This document shows, one piece after another, positions 1-9,344 of a stretch of DNA of 64,000 bases. The translations under genes were made by a program, and so were the position numbers. Where the stretch lies: the IMG/VR virus record IMGVR_UViG_3300025723_000034, positions 2,242-66,241 of that record. One strand, given 5' to 3'. The DNA is from a virus. Under the pieces are notes generated by a model that saw nothing but the letters and a program-made list of their open reading frames with translations, did no database searches and had not been told where the DNA came from. Positions within the stretch are counted from its first letter, which is position 1; every line of letters begins with the position of its first letter.

Positions 1-243
1 CAATGCCTTTAATGTGTCGAGCAATTGAAACACGCTGACGTTTTCTATACGTGCTTGGTTTAACAGTACGATTGCTGTACTTTTAGCACTATTATTATCA
101 AAGCCTCTTTTTTGAAAGAAGCCAACTGTGGCATCTATTTCTCCTGATGGAAAACTAACAGGGTTTACAAAATAGTTGTCAAAAAATTGTTTAGTAGTTT
201 TAACACCAGTAGGTGTTACAATAGGTAAATTTCCAGTAGACAT
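1..243 (-). CDS. Conserved hypothetical phage protein, truncated by the window edge
   Basis: Not in the ORF track. The ATG at 243-241 overlaps the upstream stop (TAATG coupling). The frame is open to base 1 and reads MSTGNLPIVTPTGVKTTKQFFDNYF...LLDTLKAL. Confidence 0.7.
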   Translation of the reverse strand, partial: MSTGNLPIVTPTGVKTTKQFFDNYFVNPVSFPSGEIDATVGFFQKRGFDNNSAKSTAIVLLNQARIENVSVFQLLDTLKAL

Positions 244-1463
244 TAATCACTCCATCCTGCGCTTGGATCATAACTACTACCATAGAAGTTACTAGCTGTG
301 TCAGCTGCCGCTCCAAGATCTGGTTGAGGTAAGTCTGATACCGCTTGCGATGCGTCTGCCGCTGCCTGGTCTATACCACTGCTAATAGCCGCTACTGTAT
401 CTGATCCTGTTGAAGCACTATCTGTTCCTGGAAATAGCGCATCTGTAAGTCCGCCGACAGCATTCTTAACTCCACTAACAATGCCACCAATACCGCCAAG
501 CGCATTAAGTGCCGCCGATCCTACACCAATGGCTGCCGCACCGATCGCCAGTCCGCCGGCAATGTTACTAAGAGTAGAACCTGATCCGCCTGACTGACTA
601 TTTTGATATGTACTTACTGTAGCTACAGCATTGTTAAGTATTCCAACATTTAATCCTGTCGTATCTAAACTTGTTACAAAACTAGGATCGTTAACTGTAG
701 GATCAGGATTTGTTCCTTTCAATGGACTAGGTGATGTATCATAATGTGTAAGTCCAAACCCTTCTGGAGCACCAGCAGATACTGCGCCGACATCATAGGC
801 AATTGCTTCATACATCAATGTCATGTCCCACTCACCAGTTTTGCTGTCACTGTAAGCCATACCTGTATGACTAAAATTTGTAATGATAGGATTGATTAAT
901 TTATAGCTGACAAACTCGTGTCTAGCCATTTGATAGATTGTTATATAATTAAAAAACGGATCAGTACTGCCTGCGTCAAAACCATATGGCGAAGTAATGT
1001 AATCACTTTTCTTCGTGGCATTTCTTGTATAGGCATTGTTTTTTGCGGCACTTGGATCTGCGTAGTAGTATCCATAATATTGTTGCCACAAGTGATTAAT
1101 CAACCCCATATTGTCGTCATGGAATTTAACTTTTACTTCTCTAACATTAGTTTGATATTGTACAACTTTTTTTCTGTTGTATTGATTTAATACTTCTGTT
1201 TGTATAGTTATAGCAGGAATGTCTACACCCTTAACTAACATATTAATTTCTTGTCCGTATCTTTGTACAAGAGCTGGATTAGTCAAAGCATTTTGATTGA
1301 TATTAAACGCTACATGAAATAAGAAATTGTGTTTAGGTGCCAGTCTAAACTGATCAACAGTAAACATCTTAGATGCGTGTTGTTGGTCTCGCAAGTTTAC
1401 CTGCTGACCATTTAACAAGTTAGCTTTATCAAGAGTTACATTAGAATTAGATGTGAATGCCAT
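243..1463 (-). CDS. Tail-tube-like / baseplate tail-tube initiator protein (gp19/gp48/gp54 fold) with a low-complexity Gly/Ala/Ser C-terminus
   Basis: N-terminal half resembles tube proteins (VDIPAITIQTEVLNQYNRK, VKFHDD, YKLINPIITNFSH...MTLMYE). Lies directly downstream of the tube gene. Confidence 0.6.
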   Translation of the reverse strand: MAFTSNSNVTLDKANLLNGQQVNLRDQQHASKMFTVDQFRLAPKHNFLFHVAFNINQNALTNPALVQRYGQEINMLVKGVDIPAITIQTEVLNQYNRKKVVQYQTNVREVKVKFHDDNMGLINHLWQQYYGYYYADPSAAKNNAYTRNATKKSDYITSPYGFDAGSTDPFFNYITIYQMARHEFVSYKLINPIITNFSHTGMAYSDSKTGEWDMTLMYEAIAYDVGAVSAGAPEGFGLTHYDTSPSPLKGTNPDPTVNDPSFVTSLDTTGLNVGILNNAVATVSTYQNSQSGGSGSTLSNIAGGLAIGAAAIGVGSAALNALGGIGGIVSGVKNAVGGLTDALFPGTDSASTGSDTVAAISSGIDQAAADASQAVSDLPQPDLGAAADTASNFYGSSYDPSAGWSD

Positions 1464-1468
1464 ACTAA

Positions 1469-1476
1469 TATTTATC
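1469..1476 (-). promoter_or_regulatory. T4-type late promoter box (GATAAATA)
   Basis: Matches the TATAAATA late consensus at 7/8 and ends 5 nt before the ATG at 1463. Confidence 0.6.
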
Positions 1477-1511
1477 GAAAGAATTAACTGGGCAGTTAAT
1501 GATTAGTCAAC

Positions 1512-1533
1512 AAAAAACCCACGTATGTGGGTT
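1512..1533 (-). terminator. Intrinsic terminator after the tail tube gene
   Basis: Minus strand reads AACCCAC-ATAC-GTGGGTT followed by TTTT. Confidence 0.75.
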
Positions 1534-1540
1534 AGTTGTA

Positions 1541-2164
1541 TTAAGCACCTAGTGAATTTGTACCGCGTACTGTCTGAACTGCGTTTGCTGATCCTAAAGA
1601 TCCGCCAGCTGTTTGTACAGCATTGTCAAACACGATTGATAATTCAATAACAACTGGTTCATTGGTTTTGTAAGCAATAGCACCGTAGTTAATTTTTTGA
1701 ACATAGCAACCATAACATTCCCATGTTTCTAATGATTTAGGAGCAACTGTTCCGTTACCACCGTCTAACATTTCGATACGTAGTGTAAACTTGTAATCGC
1801 CAGCTGCAGCCGCAGAACTTTGTTCGAAGAAATCGAACTGTCTTTGCATTTGTTCGCCAACTAGCTGTGTAACGTTACCGTTTACATCATCACGTAGTTT
1901 AACTGTTATTGGTCCCCACTTTGGTTTACCAGCGTAGTGGATACGGCTGTTATAGATATCAATCACTTGATCTTCAAGTTCGATTGTTGGTCTAACAGCA
2001 TCTTGGACCTGCTTGGTCATCTCAGTTGTAGAACCGCTAACACCAAAATTTTCAAAGTTCAGACGGAATCTGTACTGTAATTTTGGCATTAGCATACCCT
2101 GAGAGCCTGCGCTCTGGTCTGATGCTAAAGGTACTGTAAAGTTTGATAGTGCAGCGATTGCCAT
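1541..2164 (-). CDS. gp19: Tail tube protein (T4 gp19-like)
   Basis: 207 aa, directly after the sheath gene. Motifs PKLQYRFR, YAGKPKWGPITVKLRDD, ETWECYGCY and IELSIVFDNA. Confidence 0.85.
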   Translation of the reverse strand: MAIAALSNFTVPLASDQSAGSQGMLMPKLQYRFRLNFENFGVSGSTTEMTKQVQDAVRPTIELEDQVIDIYNSRIHYAGKPKWGPITVKLRDDVNGNVTQLVGEQMQRQFDFFEQSSAAAAGDYKFTLRIEMLDGGNGTVAPKSLETWECYGCYVQKINYGAIAYKTNEPVVIELSIVFDNAVQTAGGSLGSANAVQTVRGTNSLGA

Positions 2165-2178
2165 TTAATTTCTCCTAA

Positions 2179-5100
2179 TTATGCGCCAAGGCCTTTGATT
2201 GCGCCAGTGTTTTCTAGACGCAATGGAATATAGATGAATTCGACTGACTTAACTGGCTCAATCGCAATATCAACGTGTAGTTCATTGGCATCAATTCTTG
2301 CTGGTGTGTTATTGCTTGTATCACAAACAACAAGATAGTCATATAACGCACGTTCACCTGTCAAGTTCAACAATAGTTTTTCAACTTGTTGTTTGATTTC
2401 GTTACGTGTAATTGTATCATTTGGTTCAAATACAAATGGTTTAGCTAAAGCATTCAACTGATAACGTAAGTAAATTACTAAACGTGCTACGTTGATACGA
2501 TCCAACGAACTAGCAATCAATTGACGTGTCTTCTGTCCATAACATACTAAGCCTGTACCAGCAAGATATGTAATTGGGTTTACATGGATACCTGCTAATG
2601 TGTCACGTTGTCCAACGTTCAATGCTACTGTTACAAACTCGCCAGTTGCGCTATCTACATAACCAACTGAGCTAGCATTTGTTACACCACCACGACGTAC
2701 ACCAGCTGGAGCAAACCATGGATAAGAAACATTGTCGCTTAGTGCGATTGTACGTAACATGATATGGCTTGGAGGAACAACAATGTCATTACCTAACAAG
2801 TCAGTTGTATAGCCCCATGGGTAATAAACTGCTGAATAAGCATCAGTAGCAATTAGACCATCTTCACCGTCAACTGCGGCTAATCCTGTATTGTTACCCC
2901 AGTTGCTTAATGTTGTAGCATCTGGTGTTAAACGAGCTGGAGTATCAGCAACAATAAATGCTGTTTGTCCGTTGTCTGTGTTTAATCCAATTAATGGACT
3001 TAGAGTTTCTAAGTATCCTGGGCAACTTAACAAGTTGAAAATAACTGTGTCTGGTTGGCGGATTCCTTGATTACCTTCGATCAATGCGTTTAGAGCTTGT
3101 AGAACAACTGTACGTTGTGCTTTGCGTCCAAATGCGCCAACACCGTGTACGTTGTTAGCCGCGTTACTTACCCACATATCTGTATAGAAGTGAGTTTGCG
3201 GTGATCCAGCTGGCAAGCCAACACGGTCACTACGTTGTGTTACATCGATATAATTCTTGTGATATTTCAATACGTTGTTACCTGAACGACGTAAGTTCCA
3301 TAGCAACATACCTTTTGGATATAGAGCAGGATCTGGTGCGTCAAAGTCAACAAAGTTGCTAGACAACAATGATTGGATACTGTCTGGAGCAGGTAAACCT
3401 ACGTTTGTACCTGTTAAACCTGACATGTCCATCCAACGTGCGTCATGGAAAATAATACCATTTTCGCTTGTGTGGTCTGTGTTGTCAACTAACACCCACT
3501 TCTTGTTCAAGTAATCATACTTGTAAATGTGTGGATAGTTATCAAAGTCTATTGTGCTTACCCAAATATCGCCGTTAGCTAATGGGGTACCATCGCTTTG
3601 TGTTGTTGGTTGTGTAGCACTAACAATAGGACCATTCGGATCTGTTGTTGTGCCGCCTACACCGTTTTGTGTGTAGTTTAAATAACCAACCCACTGTGTT
3701 CCATTGTTAACCATAATGTCAACATTTTCAAGAACGTTGTTAAACCACAATGTTCCATCTTCTGGAGTTGTTGTTGGAGGTGTGCTTTGTGGAACAGCGA
3801 TTGCGCTAGTACCGCTCATGCTTGACCACAAGCTAGCTGTGTAAGCGTGTGATGTACCTGTTGCGCTTTGGTAGAAGTTAGCAGTTGTTCCAACTGTAAA
3901 CAATTTAGCTATTGGATATGCTGTAGCACTATCTACAAAATACATATCTCCACCTGCTTGGTGTGTAATTGTAATACTGTTATCACTGTTTAATGTAGCA
4001 GTAATATTAGCGTCAGTTACAGCCGCAGAGAACGCTGCCAATAATGTTGTAGCATCGCTTGTAGCACCTGCCGCAGTAAATGATACTGTTACACTATTTG
4101 AAACGCTACCAGTACCTACTGAACTGTATGCGATTGTGAATGCGTTTGAACCAGTAGTAAATGTGCTAGATGTAATTGGTGAACTCTTAATATTAGTAGC
4201 ACCTACACCAGTACGTCCATAAATTTTCCAATCTGCTAAACCTGGAGTACCTTCGTCGTCATTATATTTTACATATACTGTGCCAACTGCTAGGTTAATA
4301 CCGCCGCCTGCTGGATCTAAACTGTATAATGCGCTTGCGTTGTTAGCAAACAATTTAACTGGCTGTTCAATCCATGTAGCAACTGATGCATTGTATTTCT
4401 TAACAATCCAGTCAGAACCTTGATTAACACTAGTTGTTTTAATCCAAACAGAACCTGATGGATTACCAGCTACACTTCCTGGATTATCAGTAATCTTGAA
4501 TAATGGAACGCTAGTATGTGGTCCTTGTGATAATGCTAGACCTAAGTATGTTCCGTTAGTTAAACCAACTTTAGCTGGGATTGTACCACCCAATGTTACA
4601 CTTGCTCCAGTTGAATAGATATTTAAATATCCATTAATTTCTGCCGCTGTAACACCTGTAATACTTGCGCTATTAATTGCTGTTGCTAAGTTGGCAAAGT
4701 TTGTACCAGTGATTAATGTACCATTAATTGTTAATGTATCACCACCAGTTGTGAATGTTGCTTGAGCTGCAGCTTGGCTTGTAATGCTTACTGTATAGCT
4801 TTGACCAGTAATAGCCACGCTTGACTGACTTACTGAAGCACTAACAGTCCATGTACTTGCTCCGCTTGTACCAACACCAGTTAAATTAGCTGTAATGTAT
4901 GTACCTGCTGGAATTGCGCCACCGGTAATTGCCATACCTGGACGGATTGTTCCGCTTGCTACAGCACTAACGCTCAATGTTGTTCCACTAATAGCACCAG
5001 TAAAGCTAGCATTGTTAATAGCAGTAATACGTGTTTCTGGTGCTAAGTTTGTACCAGATAAAATGTCACCAACTGCTAAACTGCCGCCTGTTACTGAGCC

Positions 5101-5913
5101 AGTAACTGTCAATACAGTACCCGCTGCAGCGCCCGTACCGTCACTAACGATACCTGGAACACTAATACCTGTTGATGTAATTGTTGGAGTTTGAACAGTA
5201 CCTGCGGCTGTTGGCTGACTTGCGGCCCACTGCGGAGTACCAACTTCAACCCATGTACCTGCGGCTGTGTCAGTTAATGGCTTTTTGTACCATAATTGAT
5301 TCAATGTTGTTGTTGCTGTAATAGCATAGCTACCAACAGACCCAAAACTTGGAGCTGGAGGATTACCAGCAATTCCGCCACTTAATTGTTTAACATCAGT
5401 AATTACAGCAACTGATTGAACTTGGAATGTTTGTCCGCCAGTAGTTGTTGCTGGAGCACTATTCCATTCAAACACACCAAATGCTGTGTCAGCTGTGTCA
5501 AACCATAATGTTCCATCTGCTGGAGCACCAGTTGGTATATTAGCTGTACCGATTAATTGTTTTGTGTTTAGGTCAGCACGTACAACATAAGCACGATTAC
5601 TTACACCTAAGAAACTGTATGCGGCTTGTAGACCATATTCGTTTAATTCTCCAGCGTTAACTGGATTGTTGCTAGCATCTGTTTCAAAGTAAGGAATACC
5701 AAATGTATTACCCAAGTCCATTTGACTTGTTAATAGGTATACTTTACCAGCATTTGCTTTTAATGTTCCTGGAGCAGTCGCTGTTCCAGATGAATTCATT
5801 TTGTCTTGTTGGCTAGCGACAATGATTAGAGGCACTGTGCCTGGTGCGGCAGGAGTGTAAAAACTCTCGTCGACTACTGTTACGCTTACGCCTGGTGAAC
5901 TTAATTGAGCCAT
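2179..5913 (-). CDS. gp18: Contractile tail sheath protein (T4 gp18-like) with large internal insertions
   Basis: N-terminus LSSPGVSVTVVDES. C-terminal sheath motifs PWFAPAGVRRG, NPI, GQKT, DRINVARL, FEPND and IEPVKSVEFIYI. Confidence 0.93.
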   Translation of the reverse strand: MAQLSSPGVSVTVVDESFYTPAAPGTVPLIIVASQQDKMNSSGTATAPGTLKANAGKVYLLTSQMDLGNTFGIPYFETDASNNPVNAGELNEYGLQAAYSFLGVSNRAYVVRADLNTKQLIGTANIPTGAPADGTLWFDTADTAFGVFEWNSAPATTTGGQTFQVQSVAVITDVKQLSGGIAGNPPAPSFGSVGSYAITATTTLNQLWYKKPLTDTAAGTWVEVGTPQWAASQPTAAGTVQTPTITSTGISVPGIVSDGTGAAAGTVLTVTGSVTGGSLAVGDILSGTNLAPETRITAINNASFTGAISGTTLSVSAVASGTIRPGMAITGGAIPAGTYITANLTGVGTSGASTWTVSASVSQSSVAITGQSYTVSITSQAAAQATFTTGGDTLTINGTLITGTNFANLATAINSASITGVTAAEINGYLNIYSTGASVTLGGTIPAKVGLTNGTYLGLALSQGPHTSVPLFKITDNPGSVAGNPSGSVWIKTTSVNQGSDWIVKKYNASVATWIEQPVKLFANNASALYSLDPAGGGINLAVGTVYVKYNDDEGTPGLADWKIYGRTGVGATNIKSSPITSSTFTTGSNAFTIAYSSVGTGSVSNSVTVSFTAAGATSDATTLLAAFSAAVTDANITATLNSDNSITITHQAGGDMYFVDSATAYPIAKLFTVGTTANFYQSATGTSHAYTASLWSSMSGTSAIAVPQSTPPTTTPEDGTLWFNNVLENVDIMVNNGTQWVGYLNYTQNGVGGTTTDPNGPIVSATQPTTQSDGTPLANGDIWVSTIDFDNYPHIYKYDYLNKKWVLVDNTDHTSENGIIFHDARWMDMSGLTGTNVGLPAPDSIQSLLSSNFVDFDAPDPALYPKGMLLWNLRRSGNNVLKYHKNYIDVTQRSDRVGLPAGSPQTHFYTDMWVSNAANNVHGVGAFGRKAQRTVVLQALNALIEGNQGIRQPDTVIFNLLSCPGYLETLSPLIGLNTDNGQTAFIVADTPARLTPDATTLSNWGNNTGLAAVDGEDGLIATDAYSAVYYPWGYTTDLLGNDIVVPPSHIMLRTIALSDNVSYPWFAPAGVRRGGVTNASSVGYVDSATGEFVTVALNVGQRDTLAGIHVNPITYLAGTGLVCYGQKTRQLIASSLDRINVARLVIYLRYQLNALAKPFVFEPNDTITRNEIKQQVEKLLLNLTGERALYDYLVVCDTSNNTPARIDANELHVDIAIEPVKSVEFIYIPLRLENTGAIKGLGA

Positions 5914-5946
5914 TGTATTATCTCCATGAGTACATGTTCTTGTATG

Positions 5947-5954
5947 TATTTATA
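5947..5954 (-). promoter_or_regulatory. Late promoter of the sheath-tube operon (TATAAATA)
   Basis: Perfect T4 late consensus, 33 nt upstream of the sheath ATG. A GGAG RBS lies in between. Confidence 0.8.
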
Positions 5955-6027
5955 GCATTTTGAGTAAATGTACTAGTTATACACACCAGAAAAGGTCTGG
6001 AAAAGGCCTGGTTTAATTAAATAAAAT

Positions 6028-6363
6028 ATGAGACCACTATGTTCGTGCGGTTTACGCCCAACCGCAGTAAATTACAAGAAAAACGGTAAGACGTTTTATA
6101 GAAGTATGTGTAATGTCTGCTTAAAACACGGAGCAGATGCTGGAGTTCCACGATGGTATCGAGCAGGATATCGTTTAAAGAATTCTTGCGATAAATGCGG
6201 GTTTAAAAGTCCGCATAAAGAAGTATTTGCGCCATTTCACGTAGATGGCGACTTGAATAACTGCCGTCCTGCTAATTTAAAAACTGTTTGTTCTAACTGT
6301 GCCCGAGTACTACACAAGGAGAATATTAAGTGGCGGCAAGGAGATCTTGTTCCGGATTTATAA
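6028..6363 (+). CDS. Small zinc-binding HNH endonuclease-like protein
   Basis: Cys pairs CSCG, CNVC, CDKC and CSNC, plus HVDGDLNNCRPANLKTVCSNC..LH. Confidence 0.75.
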   Translation: MRPLCSCGLRPTAVNYKKNGKTFYRSMCNVCLKHGADAGVPRWYRAGYRLKNSCDKCGFKSPHKEVFAPFHVDGDLNNCRPANLKTVCSNCARVLHKENIKWRQGDLVPDL

Positions 6364-6982
6364 GCTGTTTTACCTGGGCATACAAATCATCTATGCTAGA
6401 ATCGTTATCTAGAACATAATCAAATTTAGTACCGACCCAAGCAGTTTCGCTAGCATGAATCCCTAGTTTTTCCATACGAGTTTTAGCCAGCATCCAATTC
6501 ATACACTTGTCACCGGCATTCATATCTGCGGCATCTCGATACCAATCTGGTTCTGGACCGCGTTTTACACGGATAACAATGCCGCCAGCTTCTTTGATAC
6601 TTTTAATTTCATTAGGAAAACGGCAGTCACTAATAACTATGTCATCTTTTGAGTTGCGTAGTTTATTTTCTAATGAAGCGATCCACATATCATCGTGGAA
6701 CCCGTTGCGACAAACTTCTGTGCCCCAGTATTGTAAGACCCAACGTGGTGTTAAGTGTGGCATATTTAGACGTTCTGCCCACCAAGGATCTACTTGTTCA
6801 CGCCAGTCACGGGCTTGTTTTGTGCGGCCTTCCAACATGGTCCTATCCCAGCCAAATACCATACTAACAGCATCTTTTAAACTGTTGGCAAAACTTTCTC
6901 GTCTAAAACCATGGAAATTTGTAAGATAATCGGCAATAGTATCTTTGCCAGAACCAATAAAACCGCACACGCCTATAATCAT
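6326..6982 (-). CDS. Deoxynucleoside monophosphate kinase (T4 gp1-like)
   Basis: P-loop GFIGSGKDT, plus FANSLKD, TPRWVLQYWGTE, ISDCRFPNE and HASE. Start moved to the ATG at 6982, which has a GGGGG RBS and a promoter just upstream. Confidence 0.9.
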   Translation of the reverse strand: MIIGVCGFIGSGKDTIADYLTNFHGFRRESFANSLKDAVSMVFGWDRTMLEGRTKQARDWREQVDPWWAERLNMPHLTPRWVLQYWGTEVCRNGFHDDMWIASLENKLRNSKDDIVISDCRFPNEIKSIKEAGGIVIRVKRGPEPDWYRDAADMNAGDKCMNWMLAKTRMEKLGIHASETAWVGTKFDYVLDNDSSIDDLYAQVKQLINPEQDLLAAT

Positions 6983-7003
6983 AGAGCCCCCTAAGTTAGC
7001 TCT

Positions 7004-7032
7004 AGTATATAACAGTTTTGTTACAAGGTCAA
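7004..7032 (-). promoter_or_regulatory. Sigma70-type promoter for the dNMP kinase
   Basis: Minus strand TTGACC (7032-7027), 17-nt spacer, TATACT (7009-7004). Confidence 0.7.
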
Positions 7033-7040
7033 GAAATTTC

Positions 7041-7835
7041 TTAACCAATAACGAATGTGTAAGCCGCGCTTCCGTTTACTACGTTGTCCAGAATTTCTTT
7101 TTCTAAACGTTCTAGATCTTCTTTGGCTTCGCTAATTAAATCTTTGCCGTTTAATTGCATTCCACCCGATCCTGGACCAGCAATAGTGGCAAACTTACTA
7201 CGAGCTTGACCTAGCATTTGCTTACAAGTGGCAAGTGTGTAATCTTTGATCCACTGTTTGGCATATACGTCCTGTAGCAATACCCAATCAGGACGGAAAT
7301 TATACGCTCTAATTAGAATCTGTTCGCCCTGGGCAAATGGACGTTGTAAAATAGTTAAAATATGACTAGTTGGTTTCCATTTGAATTCGATATAGCTACC
7401 AAACATACGTCCCACTAACTTTTGATATCCAGCAAAGAAATCGTATGTAGCCAAGCCACCCATCATACTTCCTGACATCATATAGGTATTTGTATAGGCT
7501 AAATTAAACGGCTCAAATAAAGTACCACCCGCACCAATTCCACTTCTTGAGCCAATAGCTCTACGGAATACTTCGCGCACTTCGATAACTTCATCAGGTA
7601 ATCTGTATTCATTTTGATCCTGTATTAGTTCTAAGAACATATAGCTTTCTTCTACGCTGTTTGGACTGCGTTGACGATAGCGATTTAACGCACGATTTAA
7701 CGCTTCCTCATAGTGTGCTGGATCAAGTTCTACGTCGATCATGCCGTCGCCCAGCATTAACTTACAGTAGTCAAATACTTTATTTCGTTCTTCTGTAGGG
7801 TTGCTTTGCTCGGATGGTGCTAGATCTTCTGCCAT
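7041..7835 (-). CDS. gp13: Neck/head-tail adaptor protein (T4 gp13-like)
   Basis: Motifs LGDGMIDVELD and WIKDYTLATCKQMLGQARSKF..I.GP.GG.QLNG..L..EA. Divergent from the gp14/gp15-like genes. Confidence 0.8.
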   Translation of the reverse strand: MAEDLAPSEQSNPTEERNKVFDYCKLMLGDGMIDVELDPAHYEEALNRALNRYRQRSPNSVEESYMFLELIQDQNEYRLPDEVIEVREVFRRAIGSRSGIGAGGTLFEPFNLAYTNTYMMSGSMMGGLATYDFFAGYQKLVGRMFGSYIEFKWKPTSHILTILQRPFAQGEQILIRAYNFRPDWVLLQDVYAKQWIKDYTLATCKQMLGQARSKFATIAGPGSGGMQLNGKDLISEAKEDLERLEKEILDNVVNGSAAYTFVIG

Positions 7836-7852
7836 AATTAGTTCCTCTTACA

Positions 7853-7872
7853 TATTTAGCTAACGATAAATA
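7853..7872. promoter_or_regulatory. Back-to-back late promoter boxes for the divergent neck genes
   Basis: CTAAATA on minus (7859-7853) and GATAAATA on plus (7865-7872), within a 42-nt intergenic gap. Confidence 0.65.
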
Positions 7873-7877
7873 TCATT

Positions 7878-9344
7878 ATGCCACGTTTATCATTATACAA
7901 ACCAGAAAAGGGTAACGACTACAAATTTGTGGATCGTCAAGCCTCAGAAATGTTCCAAGTTGGGGGTACAGACGTCTACGTACACAAGTATTTAGGCGCT
8001 AATACTGACTCGGCTAACGCCACTGCGGACCAGCCAAACTATGCTTCAACTGCGGTTACAAACATACAAGATTTGCTATTTTTAGAAAATCGCGACAGAA
8101 CTTACGATAGTCAAATTTATAGAATTCGTGGAATTTATAATGTACAAAATATTGACTTTAACCTAAGTCAATTTGGTCTGTTTATTGATAACGACACACT
8201 TTTTATGACTGTACATATTAATGATTTCATTAACTATATTGGTCGTAAACCTATTAGTGGTGACGTTTTAGAATTGCCGCATTTACGAGACGACTTTGCG
8301 CTTAATGATGCGGATGTGAGTTTACCAAGGTATTATGTTATTGAGGATGTAGGTCGTGCTAGCGAGGGTTTCAGTCAAACATGGTTTCCTCATTTGTATA
8401 GATTAAAATTAAAACGTGTAACAGATAGCCAACAATTTGCTCAGATTTTAAATGCGCCAGCTACAGACATTAACGGTGATCCTGTTGCTAGCGGAGCAAC
8501 TCTTAAAGACTTACTCAGTACATTCAACAAAGAACTACAACTTAACGATGCTGTTGTTGCTCAAGCAGAAATTGACGCACCTAAGAGCGGATATGAAACT
8601 AGACAATTCTACACACTTGCGGCAGAGAATGGCGGCACTACTACATTACAAACTGTAGACTCGGGAACAATGAATGCTAGCGGAGGATCGTTAGCTAGCG
8701 CACAAGACGGTGTTCCATTACGTACCGGTTATCAAGGCTACTTAGTAGGCGATGGATATCCAGTCAATGGTTATGCGTTTGGTTTTGGAATTCAATTTCC
8801 TAGCTTGCCTGCTAACAACGATTTCTTCTTACGTGTAGATATGTTGCCTAACAGACTTTATAGATTTGATGCCGATAGTAACGGATGGATTGCTGTTGAA
8901 GATGCTGTACGCATGAACATGACTAACAACGATACACGCAATACACAGAAGACTGGATTCATTAATAATGTAGAATATACATATAATAATGAGTTAGCTA
9001 GTGATTTTGTTAACTTGGCAAAAGATGCTACTGTAGTTAATACTACTATTGATTATGCCAATTTCCATCTTACACCTTATGTGGTAATTAGTTTGTCGAC
9101 AGAAAAATTATCTTTTGCGTTAGCAGATTATCCAAATTTGTTTGTAAGTTATAGTTACACAAGTCCAACTGGTGTTATGAGTAACAAAATAAGAATACAA
9201 TTACCAACTGTGCCAGATGTAAATAATAACCCAGTACAGCAAACAATTCCATTTGCTGGTCAATGGACTATTAAATTGTACAACAGTAGAGAAGAACAAA
9301 GACAGAGCCTTAGTCAGGTTCTTAGACCTAAGGCGGATTTATAA
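7878..9344 (+). CDS. Head closure/neck protein (T4 gp14-like) with C-terminal extension
   Basis: Motifs GGTDVYVHKYLG, DLLFLENRDR, LSQFGLF and P.SGDVLELPH. Lies between the gp13- and gp15-like genes. Confidence 0.65.
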   Translation: MPRLSLYKPEKGNDYKFVDRQASEMFQVGGTDVYVHKYLGANTDSANATADQPNYASTAVTNIQDLLFLENRDRTYDSQIYRIRGIYNVQNIDFNLSQFGLFIDNDTLFMTVHINDFINYIGRKPISGDVLELPHLRDDFALNDADVSLPRYYVIEDVGRASEGFSQTWFPHLYRLKLKRVTDSQQFAQILNAPATDINGDPVASGATLKDLLSTFNKELQLNDAVVAQAEIDAPKSGYETRQFYTLAAENGGTTTLQTVDSGTMNASGGSLASAQDGVPLRTGYQGYLVGDGYPVNGYAFGFGIQFPSLPANNDFFLRVDMLPNRLYRFDADSNGWIAVEDAVRMNMTNNDTRNTQKTGFINNVEYTYNNELASDFVNLAKDATVVNTTIDYANFHLTPYVVISLSTEKLSFALADYPNLFVSYSYTSPTGVMSNKIRIQLPTVPDVNNNPVQQTIPFAGQWTIKLYNSREEQRQSLSQVLRPKADL

